A stretch of 64,000 nucleotides of DNA from Bacteroidales bacterium (GTDB lineage Bacteria; Bacteroidota; Bacteroidia; Bacteroidales; GCA-2711565), in assembly GCA_963678785.1 (NCBI GenBank), contig OY787449.1:3505495-3569494 (forward strand), given 5' to 3'. Numbering within the stretch: the first letter of the stretch is position 1; each line of letters starts with the position of its first letter. Shown here one piece after another: positions 57,990 through 64,000 of this stretch. A program made the translations under genes and the position numbers. The notes under the pieces were generated by a model. The model had not been told where the DNA came from, made no database searches, and worked only from the letters and a program-made list of their open reading frames with translations.

Positions 57990-60900
57990 TCAGGAAGCTT
58001 GAGTTTTTTCGGATTGGAATAAACTTTGGATCATTTGAATCAAAGCGTTCTTTTTAATGGGTTTGGTAATGAATTTATTACAACCGGCCGCCATTGCTTT
58101 TTGATAATCATTGGGGAATGAAAAGGCTGTTTGAGCGATGATCATTACATCCTTATTAAAAAGCCGGATTTGTTTTGTGGCCTCATAACCATTCATTTTT
58201 GGTAACTGAATGTCCATGAGAATGAGATTGATATCCGGGTTTTCTTTACAATAATCAATGGCTTCGAGACCTGTTCTTGCAATTAAAATATCGTTGCTCA
58301 GTGGCTTAATGATGGTTCTTAAATAATATTCTGAACTCGAGTCATCTTCAACAATTAAAATTTTTAGGGCACTTAATTTTGATTTTGTTTCTTGTTCCTG
58401 TTTTTGATCTGACAAAATACTTTTTTCTTCATCAGCTGTTGATGCAATGGGAATCCTAAAATAAAATTCTGAGCCGGAATTAATACAACTCTCAACCCAA
58501 ATTTTACCTCCAAGCAATTCAACATAAGCCTTACTAATTGATAATCCTAAGCCTGCTCCCTGATAAGCATTTCTGTTTTCAATATCTACCTGAATAAAGC
58601 GTTCAAAGATGGAGGTTCTGCTTTCTTCCGGAATTCCGATACCTGTGTCCTTTACAAAAAACAGAATTTCATTTTTAACTTTTTTATATCCAAAATTTAT
58701 TTGTCCTTTTTGTGTGAATTTTAGCGCATTTTTGATAAGATTACTCATCATGGCAAAAAGCTTTTCGTGATCTGTTTTAATGATAGCATTTTCAAAAGAA
58801 AGACCGTTTTCATAGATGAGCTCAAGTCCTTTATTCCTGACTTCCGGCACAAAGAAATTGTATAAATTTCCAATCAGTTCATTTAAATTGACGGGATGCA
58901 ATGAAATGCTTCCTTGTCCTGATTCTATTTTTGAAATGTTTATGATGTCATTGATGATGTTTAACATACGCTCCCCACTTTTCTCTATGATGTCGATGTA
59001 TCTCTGCTGTTCTTCGCCACTGAGCATGGGCTCTTTTAAAAGTTCCGCAAACCCAAGAATTCCATTCATTGGAGTCCGAATTTCATGACTCATATTTGCC
59101 AAAAAAGCAGATTTTAATCGGTCAGATTCCTGGGCTTTTTCCAAAGCCAGATCAATTTCTTCATCTGCTTTTTTACGATCAATAACAAGGCTGATTTGGG
59201 GAGCGATGTATTCTATTATTTTTAAATCTTCTAAACTTAGTTTCTTTTCACCTTCATAGCTCTGAATAACAATAACACCAATCACTTTGTTTTTGATAAA
59301 GAGTGGAACACCTATCCATGAATTGCATAAAGGGCCTATCAGGTTGAAGATTCCAAGTCCAATCTGTTCTTTAAGTTTCGATTTGTCAATAAACAAAGAT
59401 TTTTTAGTTTGAAAAACGTGACCTGTTAATGTTTTTTCAACCGGGAATGACACTATTTCTTCATCGATAGAATCACTGATAAATGGAGTTGTAAAGAGGT
59501 GTTTTTGTTCGTCGTAAAGTGCGATGTAGAAATTATTGGTGTCGATGATTCCTTTCAGTTCTTTAAGTATGAATTTTGAAAATTCCAGCAAGTTGTCTTT
59601 AACCAGAACGGCATTAGATATCTTAACTAAAAGATCTTTTAAAAATTGCAGTTTTTTAATTTCAGTGATATCCTCCTTGATGGCCATATACTTAATAATT
59701 TCTCCTTTCTGATTTTTTATTGGAGATATATGTACATTTTCCCAGTATGATTTACCATCTTTTCTTTTGTTATGAAATTCTCCATTCCATTCTTTTCCGG
59801 AAGTAATATGTGACCATAAATTTTTTTGAGTAGATTTTAAATTTTTATCGGCATTGAAAATTCGTGGTTTTTGCCCAACGATCTCAGAAATCGTGTAGCC
59901 TGAAGATTTTAAAAGCTCCTGATTTCCATATTCGATAATGCCCTGCGTATTGGTTATTAATGTTGAAACGGGGCTTTGCTCAACGGCATATGAGAGTGTA
60001 AGTATATCTTCTTCTGTTTTTTTTCGGTTGCTGATATCTCTTGCAATGATTAAAATTACATCCTGACCTTGCAGGTTGATAGGGTAGGTCGTTATTTCAG
60101 TTACAACTTTTGATCCATCAGCCTGGTTTATCGTAAATTCGTCAGGATCCGAAGCAAGGCCTTTATTGTTTTTCGCTAGTATTTTAAGGGATTTTGTAAG
60201 TTGAGAAGATGAAATTATCTTTTTGTTTATGATGTTTTTCCCAATCCATTCATTTTTGGGAGATCCCAATAATTTTTCTGCGGCAATGTTTCCATCACTA
60301 ATATTTCCTTTCTGATCGCAAATGAAGAAGGCATCGGGTGCATAGTCAAATAATATTTTAAGTCTTTCTTCAGAGTTTTTAAGCTTTAGTTCATCACTTT
60401 TCTTATTGGTGATGTCCCATAAATAAGAAAGGGTACCTTTAAATTTTTTATTGCCTTCATATATTTTTGAAATGTAAATTTTAATGTGGAGGACTGACCC
60501 ATCTTTTCTTAACCCTTTAAAATCGTAATGATTTGGTGAATGTATGTCCTCACCCCGAAGCTTATGAATTTTTGAAACCATTTCATAATCATCAGGATGT
60601 ACAAAAAAATTATGTGTTTTATTAGTAATCTCTTTTGATGTATAACCAAATAAATTTAGAAATTCTCGATTCGCATAAGTTATATTGCCTTGTGCATCAT
60701 CAATTATGATTCCTATCTTTCCTTTCTCAACAACTTCCTGAAATTTTTTTTCTGTATTGTTGTTGATTTCTTGTTTGGTGCTTCGTTCACTTAATTCTCG
60801 GGCAGTAGAATGGATGAAACGAACATTTTCCATAAAAAAGGTTTGATTATTAATTTCGGTATTTACCTCTAGCCCGTCTTTTCTGATTATTTTAGCTTCA

Positions 60901-61142
60901 TTCCGAAATCCTTCATCATTTATTACCTTTTCATAGTATAATTCATGAGCTGTTAAATCTTTGGGCTTATGAAGATCATATATTGTCATTTTGGTTAGTT
61001 CTTGCTTTGAGTACCCGGTAAGTATGCAAGCTGCTTTATTAACCATGATTAGGTTCGCCTTTTGGTCAGTAATAAATATAGCATCCCTGGAAGCCTCAAA
61101 AATGGTTTCTAGCCATAATTTTGTTTTTTGTAGTTTAATCAT
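57990..61142 (-). CDS. Hybrid sensor histidine kinase (multiple PAS, GAF, HisKA, HATPase_c, receiver)
   Basis: 1050 aa with several PAS-like modules. It has the H-box FLANMSHEIRTPMNGILGF, the G-boxes DTGIGIP / GAGLGLSISK, and a C-terminal receiver (ILIVEDD...LILMDIQLPKMNGYE). Confidence 0.9.
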   Translation of the reverse strand: MIKLQKTKLWLETIFEASRDAIFITDQKANLIMVNKAACILTGYSKQELTKMTIYDLHKPKDLTAHELYYEKVINDEGFRNEAKIIRKDGLEVNTEINNQTFFMENVRFIHSTARELSERSTKQEINNNTEKKFQEVVEKGKIGIIIDDAQGNITYANREFLNLFGYTSKEITNKTHNFFVHPDDYEMVSKIHKLRGEDIHSPNHYDFKGLRKDGSVLHIKIYISKIYEGNKKFKGTLSYLWDITNKKSDELKLKNSEERLKILFDYAPDAFFICDQKGNISDGNIAAEKLLGSPKNEWIGKNIINKKIISSSQLTKSLKILAKNNKGLASDPDEFTINQADGSKVVTEITTYPINLQGQDVILIIARDISNRKKTEEDILTLSYAVEQSPVSTLITNTQGIIEYGNQELLKSSGYTISEIVGQKPRIFNADKNLKSTQKNLWSHITSGKEWNGEFHNKRKDGKSYWENVHISPIKNQKGEIIKYMAIKEDITEIKKLQFLKDLLVKISNAVLVKDNLLEFSKFILKELKGIIDTNNFYIALYDEQKHLFTTPFISDSIDEEIVSFPVEKTLTGHVFQTKKSLFIDKSKLKEQIGLGIFNLIGPLCNSWIGVPLFIKNKVIGVIVIQSYEGEKKLSLEDLKIIEYIAPQISLVIDRKKADEEIDLALEKAQESDRLKSAFLANMSHEIRTPMNGILGFAELLKEPMLSGEEQQRYIDIIEKSGERMLNIINDIINISKIESGQGSISLHPVNLNELIGNLYNFFVPEVRNKGLELIYENGLSFENAIIKTDHEKLFAMMSNLIKNALKFTQKGQINFGYKKVKNEILFFVKDTGIGIPEESRTSIFERFIQVDIENRNAYQGAGLGLSISKAYVELLGGKIWVESCINSGSEFYFRIPIASTADEEKSILSDQKQEQETKSKLSALKILIVEDDSSSEYYLRTIIKPLSNDILIARTGLEAIDYCKENPDINLILMDIQLPKMNGYEATKQIRLFNKDVMIIAQTAFSFPNDYQKAMAAGCNKFITKPIKKNALIQMIQSLFQSEKTQAS

Positions 61143-61174
61143 ATTAAATCATTAAAAATTAAAATAATACAAAA

Positions 61175-61204
61175 CTCGATTAGATTCTGTAAAGTCTAAT
61201 CGAG
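61175..61204 (-). terminator. Terminator-like hairpin immediately upstream of the histidine kinase start
   Basis: The stem is a perfect 10 bp, CTCGATTAGA (61175-61184) / TCTAATCGAG (61195-61204). On the minus strand it is followed by TTTTGTATTATTTT. It lies 33-62 nt upstream of the ATG at 61142. Confidence 0.55.
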
Positions 61205-61779
61205 ATTATGGTTTCTAATAATAAATTGAAAATTCGAAATAAACCATTTTAAATGTAATACATAAAAATATGTTTAGAGTGTCGATGTGTTTCAAATTTA
61301 AAAAGTTCATTAGAATAAGAGAATAGGTATTTTACCTAAAATTCAAGTTTGTTTTGGAAGAATTATATAATCATACAAGCTTTAAACATAAAATAAGTTT
61401 TTGAGGACTGTTATCCTAATTTGTATCTGTAAAATGGTATTAAATGATCCCGATAATCAAAGCGATAGTGGGAAAAATTCGACTAATCTTTGTGGGTAAT
61501 CAATCCGATCCCGATTTCGCTTCGCTCATCGGGATAAATTCAACCTTCAAATTTCGCTTCATTTTATTCGCAAAATTTGGGTTTCATTTACTTTCCGATA
61601 CAAAATGTAACGTACTTTCCAATAGGTATATCAACCAATGAGTTACGAAAAAAATTGATTTCAAGGTACAAATAGGGTACAATGTCATACCTGAATTTCA
61701 CTATTGTAGTATTATTTGCCCAAATAATTAAGTTTTTTGAGTCCATATATAAGGCTTATTTAATAAAGGTTCCTGACGC

Positions 61780-61825
61780 TCTATGTTAAAGATTATTCTA
61801 CGGTCTATGTTAAAGAATATTCTTA
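61780..61825. repeat. Tandem duplication (period 24) of TCTATGTTAAAGAWTATTCT(T)A; the second copy contains the perfect palindrome AAGAATATTCTT
   Basis: Copy 1 is 61780-61800 and copy 2 is 61804-61825. The palindrome is at 61813-61824. Confidence 0.8.
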
Positions 61826-62008
61826 CACTTTAAAAAGGTTTTTTAACGGTCAATAAGACGGTTAAATGCTGATTATTGGATTAAGTCGAAATTGTACGCA
61901 CGTGTGCGCGAGGGCATAACTATTTTTTTGTCAACTGAATAACTCAAGAAAACTCAATAATAGCTGTGACATTTTATGAGTTTGGGTATATATTAATAAA
62001 TAAGTAAA

Positions 62009-62416
62009 ATGAGAAAACTTATTGTATTGCTTCTAATCACTCTGCTGGCTTCCTGTTCAAAGGATGATTATCTTGATCCAAGATTGATCGGTACGTGGAA
62101 TATTGATAAAATTTCTTTATATGGTGAATTAACAATAAATGAATGCAGGGCTAAAACACAAATAAGGATAGATGAAAGCGGAAATGCTGAATGGGATTCA
62201 CCAACTACTTATCAAGGTGAATGTAGTGTACACACTTATCATTATACTTTTAAATCTGAAGGTAATAAGATTGTTGTTAGGGATAATTCGGATTTGTCAG
62301 AAAAAACAGGCCGTTTTATTTCAGGTACACGAATTGAAATTACAAATGTTTTTAGTTTTACAGATGAAACCGTGCCGCCAATTATTACTATTTACGAATT
62401 TGTAAAAGAGCAATAA
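62009..62416 (+). CDS. Small lipoprotein (lipocalin-like)
   Basis: 135 aa with lipobox LLASC. The LIGTWNIDKI motif after the signal peptide is typical of Bacteroidota lipocalin-like lipoproteins. Confidence 0.55.
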   Translation: MRKLIVLLLITLLASCSKDDYLDPRLIGTWNIDKISLYGELTINECRAKTQIRIDESGNAEWDSPTTYQGECSVHTYHYTFKSEGNKIVVRDNSDLSEKTGRFISGTRIEITNVFSFTDETVPPIITIYEFVKEQ

Positions 62417-62592
62417 CGGCTCTGTTGATTTTGTCGGTAATTTCTGAGCATTCTGTGCGTGCGAAATTTCGATTCCCCATCAAATGTTCTTTTAATAGAA
62501 ATAATTAAGGCTTTATAACGGCCTATAAACAACTTAATTCTTGGTTTTCTTGAAGTTATTTTTGTCGATTAAAGGAAATTACAAACAACTAA

Positions 62593-62611
62593 TAAAGAAT
62601 ATTCTTACACT
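62593..62611. repeat. Third, dispersed copy of the TAAAGAATATTCTTACACT box
   Basis: This 19-nt sequence is identical to 61811-61829. The palindrome AAGAATATTCTT is at 62595-62606, about 50 nt upstream of the ATG at 62661. Confidence 0.8.
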
Positions 62612-62660
62612 ATAAAAAAGGATATTTTAAGAGTTTTTGAATAAACCAAAAACACATCAA

Positions 62661-62861
62661 ATGAAATTATACTATGAGGAATTAATAGATAGTTATCATT
62701 GTAATGAACTTACAGATAAAAAAAAAGAATTATTTATTTGCGCACTTATGTTCTTACCTCAACTAAGAAAGGAATATGTTTTTCAGATTAAGTTGATGTA
62801 TGCAATAATGGACATAGATTTTTTACAGATTAATAGGAATTATAAATCATTTGCATCCTAA
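62661..62861 (+). CDS. Hypothetical small protein
   Basis: 66 aa from the ATG at 62661 (MKLYYEELIDSYHCNELTDKKKELF...). The track ORF starts at a TTG at 62637. I recognised no motif. Confidence 0.3.
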   Translation: MKLYYEELIDSYHCNELTDKKKELFICALMFLPQLRKEYVFQIKLMYAIMDIDFLQINRNYKSFAS

Positions 62862-62949
62862 CACTATGCAAAAAAAATAATTTACTCATCTGTATGTGCG
62901 CATAACATAAAACCTTTGACTTTTTTATAATACACTTAAATTAAATGTT

Positions 62950-63153
62950 ATGTCAACAGAAATCAAATGCCCAAAATGTGGATCAACTCAATTAACAGCT
63001 AACAAGAAAGGTTTTAGCGGCAAAAAAGCAGTAATAGGTGGTTTACTTACTGGTGGTATTGGCTTATTTGCTGGAACACTTGGAAGTAAAAAGATAAGAA
63101 TTACTTGCTTGGCTTGTGGTCATGAATTTAAACCTGGAGAAGGTAAACGTTAG
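62950..63153 (+). CDS. Small zinc-ribbon protein with a central Gly-rich TM segment
   Basis: 67 aa. Two CxxC pairs (CPKCG...CLACG) flank GGLLTGGIGLFAGTLG. Confidence 0.45.
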   Translation: MSTEIKCPKCGSTQLTANKKGFSGKKAVIGGLLTGGIGLFAGTLGSKKIRITCLACGHEFKPGEGKR

Positions 63154-63285
63154 TTTTATTTCTGTAATTATTACAGAGAAATAATATACAAGTTATTTGT
63201 CCTGAAAAATGGGAGAGTGGTTTGGATGAAATTAAGTACTTATTTTTAAATAAATGGATGTTTCAGCTTGTTTTTCAAACTGTTC

Positions 63286-64000
63286 TTACATAATGAGCTT
63301 TAAGGTTTGTAATCGGTTGAGGTATGGTAAAAAAGTACTTTTGCCGTTATTTGCTTTAACAGTGGCAAGGTGGCTTTCAATAAATAAGGGTACATTTATT
63401 ATTGTAGTATATGGGTTCAGCTTTATTGGCTGGGTTGGCATATCAATAGCATTAAAATAGCTTTCGAGTTCGGTAATTTCTGAACATTCCGTGCGCGTAG
63501 GAACGGAATCTAAAATATTATCACAACAAACAGTATTATAATTTGATACAGCGTTTACCTCAGCCAATGGTTTAATGTTGATTTTATTATCTTTCTGTTC
63601 GGTATCAATAAAGGTTTTGAGGTCAAGCCTTTCTAAATAATCGGCAAGGTCAAGCCCCTGTTCCTTTTCTGCTTCGGTGGCTTTACGTTCCAATAGATCA
63701 GAAACCGTAAATATTGCAAGGTCTGAAAGTTCTTTGGCCTTGCTGTTCCATTTATCAAAACATCCAAGATCGGGAAATAGGGCAACGGTTCGCCCCTTTA
63801 ATATGCTGCATTTTTCAGCGTTCAAGTTAGCTAAACCGCCAACGGCTAACCAAATAAACTGGGGTAAATAAACGCTGGCAATTACAGCTGTTTTTTCGCT
63901 TTCAACCAACGCAACGGGTTTTGTTTTGTCAATTAGCAAATGTTCACCAAATAAACATTGTTTTAGTCTAAAATTAGGCTGTTTAAGCATGCTATGTGCC
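63286..64000 (-). CDS. Toprim-like/primase-associated protein of the kind carried on Bacteroidota integrated elements; C-terminal part only, because the gene runs off the right edge
   Basis: The frame is open to the window end. [27 protein letters not shown]...[13 protein letters not shown] has the Toprim-like E...D-x-D/G arrangement. The family assignment is from memory only. Confidence 0.4.
   Translation of the reverse strand, partial: AHSMLKQPNFRLKQCLFGEHLLIDKTKPVALVESEKTAVIASVYLPQFIWLAVGGLANLNAEKCSILKGRTVALFPDLGCFDKWNSKAKELSDLAIFTVSDLLERKATEAEKEQGLDLADYLERLDLKTFIDTEQKDNKINIKPLAEVNAVSNYNTVCCDNILDSVPTRTECSEITELESYFNAIDMPTQPIKLNPYTTIINVPLFIESHLATVKANNGKSTFLPYLNRLQTLKLIM

Noticed and set aside
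61444-61641. A 65-aa plus-strand ORF lies in the region upstream of the histidine kinase. It contains repeated GATCCCGAT and ATTTCGCTTC strings and an 8-bp hairpin (ATCCCGAT...ATCGGGAT, about 61507-61534).
   Set aside because: I found no recognisable protein features, and short stop-interrupted frames occur on both strands. It might be a decayed gene fragment, but I cannot support any call.
61886-62472. Imperfect inverted repeats, TCGAAATT-gta-CGCACG (61886-61902) and CGTGCG-AAATTTCGA (62458-62472), flank the lipocalin-like lipoprotein gene. This could indicate an invertible or MITE-like cassette.
   Set aside because: Only 14 matching positions are present, with an indel, and half of them are AT-rich. 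That is too weak to call. The right arm is better explained as part of the 28-nt segment and palindrome described in the findings.
63254-63871. Plus-strand ORFs 63254-63460 and 63677-63871 might be coding.
   Set aside because: They are antisense to the longer Toprim-like ORF, which has a coherent domain-like sequence.

Overview
By eye this is an AT-rich chromosomal window from a member of the Bacteroidota. The phylum call rests on a SusC/SusD pair, a PorP/SprF type IX secretion protein, DUF3467 downstream of rpoC, and lipoprotein-rich content. No database or HMM search was possible, so every product call comes from reading motifs in the supplied translations or in my own translations.

The core (about 9.8-26.8 kb, all minus strand) is the conserved translation/transcription block: tRNA-Thr/Tyr/Gly/Thr-tuf, tRNA-Trp, secE, nusG, rplK, rplA, rplJ, rplL, rpoB, rpoC and DUF3467. 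It is followed by hpf, a XerC-like recombinase and rpsU, then tRNA-Val on the plus strand.

The flanking regions contain:
- A YheO-like regulator with two tandem secreted S33-type hydrolase paralogs and a class-V aminotransferase (1.5-6.7 kb).
- A PgpH-like 7TM-HD protein, WbqC and two thioredoxins.
- A tightly packed TonB receptor / MFS / HemN / protoporphyrinogen oxidase / membrane protein operon (28.3-34.8 kb).
- A block of poorly characterised envelope genes (35-41 kb).
- An orphan SusC/SusD pair with an ORF-free region of about 850 bp between it and the csp gene, containing its upstream leader.
- csp, two M16 peptidases and pyk.
- A small LPS/teichoic-like cluster (TagF-like, GT9, cytidylyltransferase), a DUF2202 lipoprotein and a large PAS/GAF hybrid histidine kinase.
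- At the right edge (61.1-64 kb), an accessory region that looks related to a mobile element.

The most unusual signals are:
1. A perfect-period 24-unit heptanucleotide array (AAGAYWC) starts 15 nt after the stop codon of a signal peptide / Kelch-like / TM / OmpR-type winged-helix-like protein. That gene is divergent from an operon encoding a 677-aa Ala/Thr-rich all-helical lipoprotein and a small beta-barrel.
2. A tRNA-Val is followed 42 nt later by a duplicated tRNA 3' half that carries an encoded CCA.
3. The right-edge accessory region contains repeated palindromic boxes. It also has a 25/28-nt segment shared between an intergenic site and the inside of a Toprim-like gene.
4. The TonB/MFS/HemN/PPO operon suggests tetrapyrrole salvage.

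No CRISPR array, rRNA or intact IS element was seen.
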